Shown here in pieces: positions 1 to 14,077 of a DNA stretch of 64,000 bases. A program made the position numbers and the translations under genes. The DNA is taken from assembly GCA_964016885.1 (NCBI GenBank), contig OZ024742.1, forward strand, positions 79,236,001 through 79,300,000, read 5' to 3'. The notes below the pieces were generated by a model. That model worked only from the letters and a program-made list of their open reading frames with translations. It did not search any database and had not been told where the DNA came from. The stretch is from Eledone cirrhosa. Lineage: Eukaryota. The first letter of the stretch is position 1. Each line of letters opens with the position of its first letter.

Positions 1-130
1 ACTTTATTTTATAGACCCCGTAAGGATGAAAGACAAAGTCAACCTCGGCGGGATTTGAACTCAGATCGTAAAGGGACGTAACTATGCTGGAAAGCATGGC
101 GTCCGACCCTCCACCGATACTGCCAATCCA
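1..130 (-). mobile_element. tRNA-derived SINE family A, partial copy at window edge
   Basis: Minus strand reads TGGCAGTATCGG (A box) ... GAGTTCAAATCCC (B box) followed by the conserved GTCTTTCATCCTTACGGGGTC block shared with ~20 copies in the window. Confidence 0.85.
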
Positions 131-618
131 ATAATGTTTAATTATGTTTAATGTCTTTAGTAATCAGTCATATATGTCATCAGAAAGGCTATAATGAGTT
201 GAAAATGAAATAATGTTATTGTTTTACATTCAGTTTGCGTGTATTACTAAAAGTATTGGAAAATACAACGGAAATTGATTAAAAAACATGTCACTGCTTG
301 TCAATAACAACCATACTTTAACAGCCTCTGATTCGTTTCCCTCTTATCATAACACACACAATACCTATTTACCAGGAATGTCGTATCCCATGTTTACTGT
401 CATCTCTCATAACGACATGATATAGGCCTTTAACCTTTTCTTTGAAGTTGATTTTTAACGTGAACCAAACACTGTAACCCATTTCCGGCAAGTTGAATGC
501 ATCCATAACCTCAACTGTTTCACTTTTCTACAGCATTACATCTCAACAAAATGTATTATTGTTTGTGTACGTACATACATACATACATACATTCAAGCAT
601 GCATACATGAATGAATGC

Positions 619-718
<100 letters not shown>

Positions 719-724
719 GAAAAT

Positions 725-897
725 AGTCAGGCCCCGACAGCTGAGCTCTGGCCGTTTCGACCGCTAGATCCGAACTCATGCGTTCGGCTCTAGTTGTCGA
801 AACGACCGGAGCTCAGCCACCCGGGTCCTGACTCTTTCCCTATTACCCACTCTACTACCCTAAGTATCGCGTACTCTGGTGCGTTATAGTCTACCTG
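725..897. repeat. Fold-back repeat family (probably PLE-terminus derived) with ~50 bp hairpin; other copies at 4055-4145, 15505-15575, 51405-51548, 62438-62605
   Basis: Arms GGCCCCGACAGCTGAGCTCTGGCCGTTTCGACCGCTAGATCCGAAC / GTTCGGCTCTAGTTGTCGAAACGACCGGAGCTCAGCC; shared tail TACCCACTCTACTAC...GTACTCTGGTGCGTTAT. Confidence 0.7.
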
Positions 898-928
898 ATT
901 TCTTACCTCACTTTCTTTGTTATATATA

Positions 929-1025
<97 letters not shown>

Positions 1026-1041
1026 GTGTGTGTGTAGAAAA

Positions 1042-1215
1042 ATGGTTTCTACTATAGGCACAAGGCCAGCAATTCACTGAGAGGGGAAAGTCGATTAAAT
1101 CAACCCCAGTGCCTTACTTGTAATTTATTTTCTCGACCTCACAAGGATGAAAGACAAAGCTAACTTCGGTGGGATTTGAAGTCAGACCATAAATGACCGT
1201 AACTCTATGCTGCAA
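1042..1215 (-). mobile_element. tRNA-SINE family A, long form, 5'-truncated
   Basis: GGCACAAGGCCAGCAA...GTCGATTAAATC...AAGGATGAAAG...GGATTTGAA match to family. Confidence 0.8.
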
Positions 1216-1262
1216 ATTAATAAAAAAGGACGAGGAGTTAGATCTTCATTATATTTATTGAG

Positions 1263-1350
1263 GTGTGCCGCGCGTCTCGCGATTGATGAGCTGAAGGCTC
1301 GATCTGTATCGATCGGGCCCGACTCTGGAATGAAAAGCTCGTCGGACGTC
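1263..1350 (-). ncRNA. Degenerate hammerhead ribozyme, paralogue of 48412-48496
   Basis: Minus: CCGACGA GC-long helix II-GC GAGA CGCGCG; GAAA mutated to GAGA and the UH site lost. Confidence 0.5.
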
Positions 1351-1428
1351 TGTTCTGGTAATGACAGAATGTTTCCATTACAGCTTTGAGAAAATACATA
1401 TCAGTGCTAATTCATATACTTCATAAAC

Positions 1429-1539
<111 letters not shown>

Positions 1540-1631
1540 GTGCGCGAGAGTGTATTAGCTCTGAGTCAAAAACAAAAAAAATTTTTTTTTTCATTCTCGC
1601 TTTTTCATTCTCTGTTTCTTCCTGACTATTA

Positions 1632-1703
1632 TGCAATTACACACCTGATGATGTCACCGGGTTCATACGTAACTTGGCCACTGAAATGTGCATAGTGTTT
1701 GCA
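1632..1703 (+). ncRNA. Type I hammerhead ribozyme (PLE/retrozyme type)
   Basis: Helix I ACAC/GTGT (extended by TGCAA/TTGCA), core CTGATGA 1645-1651, helix II CCGGGTT/AACTTGG, GAAA 1683-1686, helix III TGTGCA, AUA cleavage triplet. Confidence 0.8.
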
Positions 1704-1756
1704 GTAATAAAATCTGAAGAAATACAACCTGTCCGGCTTCCTATCATTTTACCCTA

Positions 1757-1847
<91 letters not shown>

Positions 1848-2016
1848 TAGTACATCTACCAACATATGTGTACAGATGTACACTCATGCTAGCAAATATA
1901 TAAGTTATGTCTTAGTACCGATGTGGTTCTATGCAGGTGAATGCAGAACAATTATACGAAAGACGTAAAATAAGAAAATTTTAAAAATTAAAAATCAACT
2001 TACTTACTAAATTTTC

Positions 2017-2098
2017 ACTCCAACTAATTAGTTTCTGTAATGGGATAAATATAGTTACACAATATAACTATAGAGAATTCATTACATCAGCAGGGAGT
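2017..2098 (-). ncRNA. Type I hammerhead ribozyme with variant core CUGCUGA and long helix II
   Basis: Minus: ACTCC CTGCTGA TGTAATG..TATAGTTA/TAACTATA..CATTACA GAAA CTAATTAG TT GGAGT; all three helices pair. Confidence 0.7.
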
Positions 2099-3046
2099 CT
2101 ATTCTCAGCTAAGTTCCCAGGCTATGCGCGGACACTAGGAACCCATATAAAAAATAATAATTCAGCGGATGAAATAAAGCTAGCGAGGACTAAATTCCGG
2201 AGCACTGAAACAATTTCACTGCCTCCGGTTAGTGGCAGATTCTAAAAAATTAATCACGTGACACCGAGGTTAATCAGTTAGGAGCGGGGTGGTATTATGA
2301 CAAGATCCTACTACTACCATGAAACAGCAGTAAATTTTGGCAAGTTTTGCTCAACAAATAATTTGGAGTTAAATATAGAGAATTAGTGGTGATTATTAAG
2401 CCTACTTATGTCCATCTGGTGAAGGGGCGTAGGCTTATAGTGTACTACTACCACCTCGTCAAAGACAGAGGCCAGCGTTGAGGTCAGGTCACAACCAAGC
2501 CGGTCATGCGTGCTAGAAAGTGCCGCGAAACAAATCTATATATAGAAATATATAGTAGGCGTCTGCATAGTATAATGTATGGACAGAAATTACGATTAAC
2601 AATTAGAAACGTTAAATTTATGTTTAGAGTTAGAAGATGCCATTTAAGATGAAATTAGAAAAATAAGGTTTAGGTTTGAAGTTGTGAGATTTAGGTAAAG
2701 AATTTACAGAAGGAGGCTTTTATGAAAAAGTTTAAGTGTGTGGGTGGTGGGGTTATTTCTGTGGCATTTTGCCGATGTAGGAAATCATTATTTGAATAAA
2801 TCTTGGGTTTTCATTCTGAGCTAACGATGTGTTTATTAAAATTATTTTTGTTCCTTCGTATTTATGAGAAGGGAGTAGACTTATATTTATATATTCCGCC
2901 GTTATTTATTGCTAGTCTAGAGGAATCCAGGAGTATTTTAATGTATATTGCTAATGTGTTTTGTTCATCGTAATTTTGTAGAAATCTGGGGAAAGAGAAA
3001 CACGTGTTTCTTTCAAAGGTAATTGTTATTTTGGTGTTGGCTATGC

Positions 3047-3089
<43 letters not shown>

Positions 3090-3198
3090 CTATTTATTTT
3101 AAAAACATATTCTGGTAGGTAAATTTGTAGTTATATTCGCGGCAACACCCATCTTCACACGTAGAGAAAAAAATAATAAATTAAAAACCCAGACACTT

Positions 3199-3458
<260 letters not shown>

Positions 3459-3977
3459 GTATTTACGCACTAGACCCTCAACGTAAGGGGATGAATTTAT
3501 TGGACGAACTTTACAAAGGATTTGTGTTGTAATAACTAAGTTTCTATTATGTGGTGAAAGTTAGTCTGCTCCCTGTGTGAATGTATAATCACTAGGTTCC
3601 TTATTTATGGTTGTTATACGTTCCATCAGTTGTGGCAACATATGGTCTCATATATACACACACACAGAAAACAACAACTTCAGACTCGTATATACATACA
3701 CCAATGCTATACTAATGCTAGGAAATGGATAAGTTGCAGTCATGCCTGTGAAGTTAAACATTTCCCTTCGCAACAACTTACTTTCGGGTTCAATTTCACT
3801 GCGTTGCATATTGAGCGTCTTCTAGTATAGCCTCTTGTTGACGAACACTACAGAATCTCGACCTATATATATATATATATATATATATATAAGTATTAAA
3901 ACAATGAAATTAAACACAAAACTGTTAATTCATAGTAAAACACATTATTTTACGATCGTTTCTGTGGGGTAGTCGCC

Positions 3978-4036
<59 letters not shown>

Positions 4037-4146
4037 AGGTGTGGTAAGATACTAGGTGGACCATAACGCACCAGAGTACTCAATACTTAGGTTCGGATCT
4101 AGCTGTCGAAACGGTCGGAGCTGAACCGTCGGGGTCCTGATTCTTT

Positions 4147-4243
<97 letters not shown>

Positions 4244-4642
4244 ATAAAATTAGGAAAATTAACAGAGAGGACAAGACAACGAATGACAAGGCAAAACGTA
4301 AAACAATTTTTTGAGGGGAACCTAAAAAATCAAGGTCATCGGGCGTTCAGGTGGACTTTGGCAGTTTGGAACCCTACCAAAAGTATTGTTAGTACACCAG
4401 GTCACAGCGTCTGACACAAACCAAACGCTGTCCAGTGGAGTAATATATAATGCGAGTGTGTGTTAGTTTTTATACCCTGTAATTTTGCTGTTCGACAAAA
4501 GAGAGATCGTTAAAATAAATACTAGCCTTGAAAAATATGCATTATGATCGACTAGATCCCTTCAGTTCGATGCATCAGTATAACCAATGACCAACGGCTG
4601 AAACCAGTAAATGAATAAAATAATGCACACATGCACACACAG

Positions 4643-4732
<90 letters not shown>

Positions 4733-4877
4733 CATTGATCTGTAAAGATCATTCTTGCTAGTATATTATGAAACAATTTATACATCTCATATGTATTTTG
4801 TCTGAAAAAGCATATTCTGATTTATGTTAAACGTAAATTTTTGCATCCTCGAAATATATATAATGAAATAAATAGTG

Positions 4878-5630
4878 AAGAAATCCTTGGCCTGGCAGTG
4901 CTACCGAGGAGCTTTGCTAGTTCGGGATAAACTTTGCAGGCATGGAGGTGCCGTCAGCCGGGCATGTCCGAGATGCGCGCAGAGCGACGAAACCGTCCTG
5001 CACGCACTCGTCCAGTGTCTGAGCATTGCTGACTTGTGGGTTTATGTCGAACACCTTCTGTCACGTGTGGGACGGATCCAGCTATCAGCTGAGTCCATCG
5101 TGAGGATTGCCCCGCTCTCTTCCTTTAGTCGGGAAGAGCAGGCAGTTTTTATCTGTCTGGTGGCCATGGCGAAAGAGATGGTATGGTGGACACGTTTGAA
5201 AGGGCTGAAGACGAACACTTACCTCTTCGGTGATGCCCTGATTAACTTTTTCAAATTTCATTTGGAAAGGAAAATCAGGGTACAGAGGGAAGTGCTCTTT
5301 TCCCAGCATTTTGTTGAAAGATGGGTGAGAGAAGCAAGTATGGCCCGAGTGAATGGGCCTACTCTGAGTATGTGCCTGTAAATTAAAGGTAGAAAACTGG
5401 GAGAGGGCACTTGCCCTGGTGGTCAGGGTCACTGTGGCCTTTTAATGGGCTTTCTCCACAGATGTCCCTCGGAAGTCTCCCCCCTATTGGGGAATTTTTG
5501 ATTGTTATTTTTTTTATTGCATCCTCTGTTTTTGTTTACACGCAGAAATGCCCATTTGTACTGTCCTGTATTGTCCTGTACTGTCTTTAATGTCTACTTT
5601 ATGTAAACCCTTGTGGTTAATAAAGAAAGC
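4878..5630 (+). mobile_element. L1/Tx1-type LINE 3' fragment (post-RT zinc-binding domain plus 3' UTR)
   Basis: KSLAWQCYRGAL..CPRCAQSDETVLHALVQC (CCHC) aligns with the C-terminus of 11841-13076; ends in AATAAAGAAA. Confidence 0.85.
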
Positions 5631-5661
5631 ATTATTATTATTATTATTATTGTTATTGTTA

Positions 5662-6538
<877 letters not shown>

Positions 6539-6911
6539 CACGTTCATATTCACACACTAACACAGAACACTCAAATTTTAGAGAGTAGTTCAGTTGCCCG
6601 TTACAAAATGCTTCAATTCTGATATATTGCTAATAGTCGATGAAAGTAAGTTTGCTACTCTTTGTGTGATTGTATTATCAAGATGTTCTTCCCGTTTGTT
6701 TATAAGTCTCTCGGGTAAAAATTGACTTTTGTAACAAACCTGACAAGTAATGACGTTTTGTGTTTAAGACTTAGGGATATAGCGTATTGTTCGACTATAT
6801 TTACATGTATGTAGGCTGGTTAATGTCTGGTAATCTTCTTCAACACCTACTCATTATACAAGCAGCTATGATGTGAATGTGTGAATGTGTGTGTGTGTGT
6901 GTGTGCGTGTG

Positions 6912-6945
<34 letters not shown>

Positions 6946-8095
6946 AGTGTGTGTGTATTCGTATGTGTAGTGACGTGATATCGTATTTTATCTGTGCGGC
7001 TCGTTTTCTTAATGTCGTAAGTTCGATTCTCTTTGGGGAGTTTATTCTTTGAGCAAGACCCATTATTTCACTTTGCTCTAGTCCACCCAGCTAGAAAAAA
7101 CAAAAACAAAAAAACAAATATGTCTAGAGAGACGTTTAATCACTCAGTACAACGACAAGAAGCTTATATCCTTTTTTTGCATATGAAACATAAGCTGGAG
7201 ATGCTCATTTGCATACAGTGAAAATAAAAAAATCTATTGGAGATATGCAAAGATGCACATAAGCTATAAACTATAATCTATAAGCTTATTCTTGTCTCAG
7301 TACCATTAGTACATACCACTGATGACGGATAACAATACTGAAACACATGTCTCTTATTCCCATGGGACAGGACCACTAGTTAAAGTATTCATAATGCGAC
7401 AATATTCATATTCCGTCATATACACCCCTGTTATTTTCTTTATGTAAAAGCATATATGAATACATATGCATATATATACTGTTATATAGGATACCTCTCT
7501 CACATTGCCTACATTTCTTCACTCAATCTTAAAACACTTTCTACTTGTCATATATATATATATATGTATTTATATATATATATATATATAAATTTAGCGA
7601 GAATCGCATTTCGGCGGGTAGAAATTGGCGAAACGCAACTTCTGTATTGTGCAGACAAGCGCTCCATGGATATGCAGATACCAGAGCTATAAACAGAAAT
7701 GGTCATACAAACTGAGATGATGGTTAAGAAGCCATTAACCACCTTAGCCAAAAAAGCGAACAAGCTAAACAGGTCAAACAAAATAAGATATGATTGAAAT
7801 AGTTACTCCGACCCTCGAGGAAGATTGAATACTCTGATATTTGGGTTTCCACAACACCTAAATCAATAATACTGTCTGCTTATAAAAAATAAGCTTTTGG
7901 TATAATGATCGAACAAGGCATCGCTTTCTCAACAGGCATTTTGCTCTTCGCGCGCCAGAATCTCACAGGTTATGAAAGCACATGTGAGGTTCTAAGGGGA
8001 GGAAACCCCTATTTTGGCCAGTGAATTCAGCATGTGTAGTTATTGCAATCATTTGCAAAAACAGCACAAAACGAATTTAGCTCTCGACCGAGTTG

Positions 8096-8134
<39 letters not shown>

Positions 8135-8139
<5 letters not shown>

Positions 8140-8569
8140 ATTCAATGGAAAGCTATCACTAAGTCCAAGCCATACGTAAGGGGAAATCCAACGTGTGGCT
8201 TATGTATTGACGAACGAATAACTATCCTAAAGAGATTGCCTAAACACGAGAAGTGAATTTTCACACGTTGTCCACACGTCACCAAACATCTATTACATAA
8301 CTACAAGGCTCTGGAATGATTCTTTGTAATTTTATTTTTTTATTTTTTTATTTTATTTTCAACCCAAAAACTTTCCGGACTTTCGCAGTTATCTCCCTTA
8401 TATCCCCCGCACACAGTCTGCTATTGCCTGTGCGAAGTGACCGAGTTTCTGCGCATGCGCGTTCGTACGGTTGTCCTTCCTGTTCCTATAATTATATACA
8501 TCCCGAGCTGAAGATCCGCGAAGGTGAAACAATTGTTCTCGGTATGGTGAACTAACTATTGTGTAACCA

Positions 8570-8572
<3 letters not shown>
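8135..8572 (+). mobile_element. Penelope-like element 3' remnant (end of GIY-YIG region plus 3' UTR/pLTR with hammerhead)
   Basis: IQWKAITKSKPY..TCGLCIDERITI resembles a PLE endonuclease C-terminus; hammerhead at 8503-8542; flanked by (TA)n. Confidence 0.7.
8503..8542 (+). ncRNA. Minimal type I hammerhead ribozyme
   Basis: CCGAG CTGAAGA TCC GCGAA GGT GAAA CAATTG TT CTCGG; palindromic helix III. Confidence 0.85.
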
Positions 8573-8620
<48 letters not shown>

Positions 8621-8628
<8 letters not shown>

Positions 8629-9164
8629 AAGGTTTAGTAAATAATGAAAAAGTTTCAAAATAAATTTTAAAAAATTGACTTTCCCCACTATAGTTACCTT
8701 TACCGATCGGTTTCGAATCCCAAAAATAAAACGGAGACCATACGGCCTTCGTTGCAAAGAAAGATTCTCGTCAGAAGGTTCTTTTCATTCAAAGAATATA
8801 AAATTCCTGAATTTAAATCACAAACTAGCGCTATCAAAAACTGTTCCTGGGATGAGAGTGGATGATGTAGAACAGGTTTATCAAGGGCCGTAGCAAAGAT
8901 AGAGGCAAAAGGAGGTAGGTCAAACTAGCCACAGCTATTACTAGCAGCAGTCGGAATGACCAAGTTTGTTCTCAACGTTAGTGGAGGTAGTAGTAATATG
9001 AAATACGTTCCTTCACGCACAAGGCGCCAAGGTACGCATGTATTGTCCAACCAAATGCCAGTGTGGTTCAATGGCGGGTTAATAAATTAACGAGCCAGAA
9101 CAAATATAAACAAGGTTTAGTAAATAATGAAAAAGTTTCAAAATAAATTTTAAAAAATTGACTT

Positions 9165-9165
<1 letters not shown>
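8621..9165 (-). mobile_element. ORF-less hammerhead-bearing unit with identical 62 bp terminal direct repeats (retrozyme-like or PLE pLTR)
   Basis: 8621-8682 is identical to 9104-9165 (period 483 bp); embedded in (TA)n on both sides. Confidence 0.75.
8696..8779 (-). ncRNA. Canonical-core type I hammerhead ribozyme
   Basis: Minus: ACCTT CTGACGA GAATC..GATTC GAAA CCGATCGG TA AAGGT; G10.1-C11.1 pair and GUA cleavage triplet. Confidence 0.9.
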
Positions 9166-9221
<56 letters not shown>

Positions 9222-9259
9222 TAGAAAAGGAAAGTAAGGTTCTATACAAAACAGTGGAT

Positions 9260-9721
9260 ATAGAGAAAAGGTGAAGTTGGAAAATACAGGGAAAATATAT
9301 TTAAGGCTCTGTTTTTTTTTTTTTCTTTTTTGATTCGTCAAACTGACATTATTGAAAAGATAAGGATTTAAAATTAAAATTAAATGGTGGAGTAAGTTTT
9401 CTTCCATGATTCTTGTTCAAAATTTGGTAAAAACTTACTCCAACATTTGATTTTAATTTTAAATCCTTAAGTTTTAGTTTTTAACTCCTATTAATTCTTT
9501 TTAATTTTTTATTTCGATACTCAACATTTGATAAGAGGAATTTTAACAATACATCGATACCGGTAATTCTTTATATACTTTATATACATCATAAAACTTT
9601 TTTTAAAAAGAATTGTTCCTCTCATTTTTTCAATAATGTTATCTTTTCAATAATGTCACTTTGACGAATCAAAAAAGAAAAACAGAGCCTTAAATATATT
9701 TTCGGTGCTATTTCCAACTCC

Positions 9722-9730
<9 letters not shown>
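9260..9730. repeat. Imperfect ~100 bp inverted repeat (fold-back)
   Basis: GAAAATATATTTAAGGCTCTG..TGATTCGTCAAACTGACATTATTGAAAAGATAA versus its reverse complement at 9639-9730. Confidence 0.75.
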
Positions 9731-9799
<69 letters not shown>

Positions 9800-9810
9800 C
9801 GTGTGTGTGA

Positions 9811-9840
<30 letters not shown>

Positions 9841-9841
<1 letters not shown>

Positions 9842-10500
9842 CTAACGGCCTCCCGGCCTTCGCCTCGGTCAGTACTGTGTTCTGTGCTCAAATCTATTCA
9901 TCAGGCGCCTATTGACATCTATAGCAGAGTTCATTTTCATTAGAATAAAAATGATAAAGGGTAGTTAAATATTGTATTATATAATTTTAAACATTTATTT
10001 AGAATATCTAAATACAGAAATTAATAAAGAAAATAATAGCAAAATGTTTTAAACTTTTTTTCTTTGGAGCATATACGAAAAGTTTGAGGGGGCTTCCTAT
10101 ACTGGAACAGCTTATATACAATTGACCATGAGAGAAATAGCTCTCTTCTAGATGGAGACAGACAAGCTGCATTATTTGATCTTGAGGTTTGTTAATGGTT
10201 ATTGCGTAACTGACTCTCACTGGGATAATGAACAGCGTCGTCCTCGTCGACAACTTTGTCGATAGATTTATAGGTCTGGCTACTTCCAGGGATCATTTGT
10301 GAGATATTTTTGTTGATAGCGTTCACTGTGAAGTTTTTGGAGCAAGGATTGCTCTTTCACACAACCAGTCTTCGTTAGAATGGTGGATTTCGAAATTAGG
10401 GAACAATGGATTAAGTTTACAACTCTTTCCACAACAGTATAAAATGAAGGATTAAAACATCCTTCAGTATCAAGGGGTTGATTTCCTATAATTTTCAACG
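9841..10500 (-). mobile_element. Helitron 3' part with degenerate PIF1-family helicase
   Basis: Minus frames give DWLCERAILAPK and PVRVSYAITINK.Q.Q....HLEESYFSHGQLYISCS; terminal GC hairpin followed by TTAG|T at ~9841. Confidence 0.8.
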
Positions 10501-11250
10501 GCTGAGAGGTTCTTAACTGTAACTTTAAGTGTCCCTTTCCTTTCTCGCCTCTGTTATTCCCACTGAAGAAATCTCAGAGGCTGGGAAAATACGAGGGTAC
10601 TCCACTCGCACCCTCCCTTCCGTTTTCGTAAAAGAAAACTATTTCGAGCATATAAGATGTCAGATTTGTTGAAAACACGAAAAAAACTAGGAAAAAAAAA
10701 AGAATTCTTCACAACCATGAGTAGGTGTTTTTCTATAAATTTAAAATGTAAAGAGGCTCTTATCTGTAACTCCAAAGGTTCTCCACCTCCGTTTTCGGGA
10801 AAAGGAATCGTTGGTGACTGAGTTGAATATCAGATAGATATTTATTAATAAATTATCAACACGGAGAAGCAATTAAACATGTTAAACTTAAGTCAAAATC
10901 CTGATTGGGGAGGGGTCGTATAAGCTAAACAGATTAAAATATGTCAGTTTTACTCGTATAGTTTCTGAACTACTATGGCTTCTGGAATTGTAAAGAAACA
11001 AAATTAGTCATGTCGAAACATTGGAATAACCAATATTGGAAGAATCGCAATTCGTTCACCAGGACGACAATTCTTTGGAATAAGAGAAGTTGAATATATA
11101 ACATACATACCATATATGGTCTCGTTAAACTACTATATGAACAGATCCCACTCAATGTATTAGGACAATACGACGGGCTTATAATGTTATAATGACGCTG
11201 GAAATAGCAGCCAAAGCTGTCGGGAATTTAGCTTAAGTTTAATATATATA

Positions 11251-11525
11251 TATATTAATAAAAGGAATTCCAACTTTGTCTGATTTACTCGTTTTATTTA
11301 CAACAGTTGAACATTGCAAACTTGACTGTCACCACACATTATGAACCTGAAGATTGCGAAAGCATGAAAGTACTTGTTCAATTAACACATAACATTTAAT
11401 ATTCTACCATACTATTTCATTCTAATACCATTATAAATTTTAAAGGATAAAACGAGTAAATCAGACAAAGTTGGAATTCCTTTTATTAATATAATCTTCT
11501 ATACACAATCATACACACCCGTGTA

Positions 11526-11527
<2 letters not shown>
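11251..11527 (+). mobile_element. PLE-type terminal repeat with inverted 5' copy, enclosing a hammerhead
   Basis: TATTAATAAAAGGAATTCCAACTTTGTCTGATTTACTCGTTTTAT (11253-11297) is inverted at 11447-11491; same family at 35195-35367 and 42980-43040. Confidence 0.7.
11342..11380 (+). ncRNA. Minimal type I hammerhead ribozyme
   Basis: TGAAC CTGAAGA T TGC GAAA GCA T GAAA GTAC TT GTTCA; palindromic AAGTACTT helix III. Confidence 0.8.
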
Positions 11528-11587
<60 letters not shown>

Positions 11588-11589
<2 letters not shown>

Positions 11590-13340
11590 CGACAAGGCTG
11601 CCCTCTCTCCTCCCTTCTGTATGTAATGACTCTAGAGCCACTGCTGCGGAAGTTGGAGTTGTTGCAGGGCATCCCGTTGGAACCGGGATTGCGGAAAGCG
11701 GTGTCGGCCTACGCCGACGACGTAACAATAATGGTGTCGACGGCCTCGGAAATCGGAGCGATCGGCACCTTACTGGAGGAGTACGAAAGGTTTACAGGGG
11801 CTAAGCTGAACCGGGACAAGTCGATCGTCTGCAACTCGGCATGTGGAGGGGCAGATCGATGCCCTCCGATGGCGTCGTCCGGCGCTGGACGGAGGGCCCG
11901 GTGAAGTTGCTCGGGGTCTGGTTCAGACCAGACCTCCAGGTGGAGAAGAACTGGGGTGAGGTAACGAACAGGGTGTTTGCACTGAGCCAGAAGTGGGCCG
12001 AGTGCAAACTGTCCCTGAAGGGTCGGGCGGAGGTGGCGAACACTTATATAGCGTCCGTCATCTACTACCGCCTAACCGTTGTGCCTTGCCCAAGGGAAAC
12101 GCTCGCCAAAATGGAGCGCGCACTCTTCCAATTCCTTTGGAAGAAGCGAGCTCCTATGGTGAGGAGATCCATCTGCTGTCAACACCCTTCGAAAGGAGGA
12201 CTGGGGATGCCGTGGCTAATGATACGTAAACACGCATTAAGGCTACGGCACCTCCAGGTATTCCTCACCGGTCAACCGGTGTGGGCCCCGTTTGTGAGGC
12301 GAGCCTTTCCCAGACTCGTCTCACTCACCGAGCTGCAATCCTGGGTCAAGCAAAGACTGAGAAAACTGGGCGCCTGGCACACTAAGTGTGCCGAGGCGCT
12401 CACGGCTCTCTGGCAGGCGGACCCGGCGATCAGTGGAGAATCCACCTCGTCATTCTATAGAGGGCTGGTGGTTAGCAGGTGCGACGACGCCCTCAGAGAA
12501 GCCCTAGGCATGGAGGAAGACGAACTGAACAACCTGTTCGGTAGGACATTCAGCCCAGGACCCATGAATAACTTCCAGAGGTCCCTGGCCTGGCAGTGCT
12601 ACCGAGGGGCTCTGCCCGTTAGAGAAAGGCTCTACACTAGGGACCCCTCGAAAAAGATCTGTCCCAGATGCGTGTGCGACGAGGAAACCGTTGCACACGC
12701 ATTGGTACACCGCTCGGGCATTGCCGATCTGTGGGGCTATGTCGAACAACTGCTGTCAAGGGTGGGACCGATCCGGTTGACCACCGAGTCTATTGTAACG
12801 ATCAAGCCGCCTCCCCTCTTCAAAAACGAAGGAGAGGCGGTGTTTCTGTGCGTAATAGCCATGGCGAAAGAGGTTGTATGGTGGACGCCTCTGAAAGGAC
12901 TGAGGCCAGACACCTTTCTCTCTGGCCAACAACTGGTCCGTTTCTTCCGATATCATTTCGGAAGAAGGATCAGGATGGAGAGAGAGGTGCTGCACCCCAG
13001 CCGTTTTTATGAAAGATGGGTGAAAGTAGCGAGAATGGCCCGTGTGAATGGGCCTTCACTCTACATCAGACTATAGGTGAGGAAGATGAAAGATCAAGGG
13101 AGCACCCCCTCTCTGTGCTCCTGAGGAGAAGGGTTGCACACTTTTTTTCGGGGGTGTGTGCGACACCCCAAGGCGCCTCCTCCCTATTGAGGATTTTGTT
13201 ATAAATTTATTTTGTTATATTTTATTTTATTTTTATATTTTATTATTGCCTCCTCCTTATTGAGGACGCCTTGTTATGTAAACTCCCCTCCATTGTACTT
13301 GTCCCACTTTTTGATGCCCTGGTGGCAAATAAAAAGAAAA
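11588..13340 (+). mobile_element. L1/Tx1-type LINE, 5'-truncated (RT C-half plus zinc-binding domain), frameshift near 11830
   Basis: IRQGCPLS and SAYADD RT motifs, then 411 aa ORF with KLLGVWF, GGLGMP, CPRCVCDEETVAH; A-rich tail; flanked by (CTAT)n. Confidence 0.92.
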
Positions 13341-13368
13341 TTATCTATCTATCTATTTATCTATCTAT

Positions 13369-13412
<44 letters not shown>

Positions 13413-13454
13413 ATATATATATATATTACACACACACACACACATATATATATG

Positions 13455-13492
<38 letters not shown>

Positions 13493-13891
13493 ATGTATGT
13501 GTGTTTGTGTGTGTGTGAGTGCGTGTATATATATGCATACATACGCATATTCACTTCTGTGTGTCTGCTTATATGTTGTATGTTTCACTAATTAGTTCCA
13601 TGTCTCATTTCCCTCTATAGGTTATTTTACCCTCTTATTTTTTCGTCTAAACTATTATTTTGGTCTCAATTGCTATTCTAAGATTCTTACTTCTCTGCTT
13701 GAAGTTGCTGCAACTATTGTTGCTACTGCTGCTGCTGCTGTTGCTTCTGTTGCTGCTGTTGCTGTAACTAGTGGCGTTACTGCTCTTGTATGCATCATTA
13801 CCACGGCCAACCGCCTCAACGGCATCTAATTGCATTTAGGTACAAGATTTGCTGAGACAATTTAAATCATGATGGTGGTATGTTTAATAAT

Positions 13892-14077
13892 TGTTTCTAC
13901 TATTGGCACAAGGCCAGAAATTACCCAGTACATTACTGGTACTTTATTTTATCGACCCTGTAAGGATGAAAGGCAAAGTTAACCTCGGCTGGATTTGAAC
14001 TCAGAATGGCAAGGGCCGTAACTCTATGCGTCAAAGCATGGCGTCCGACCCTCTACCGATACTGGCAATCCACCTTT
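13892..14077 (-). mobile_element. tRNA-SINE family A, short form, with 16 bp TSD
   Basis: A/B boxes; TGGTATGTTTAATAAT at 13876-13891 and 14078-14093. Confidence 0.9.

Noticed and set aside
7314-7356. CTGATGA..GAAACACATGTC hammerhead-like motif
   Set aside because: Core and helix III are present but helix I has no partner and helix II is broken; at best a dead relic
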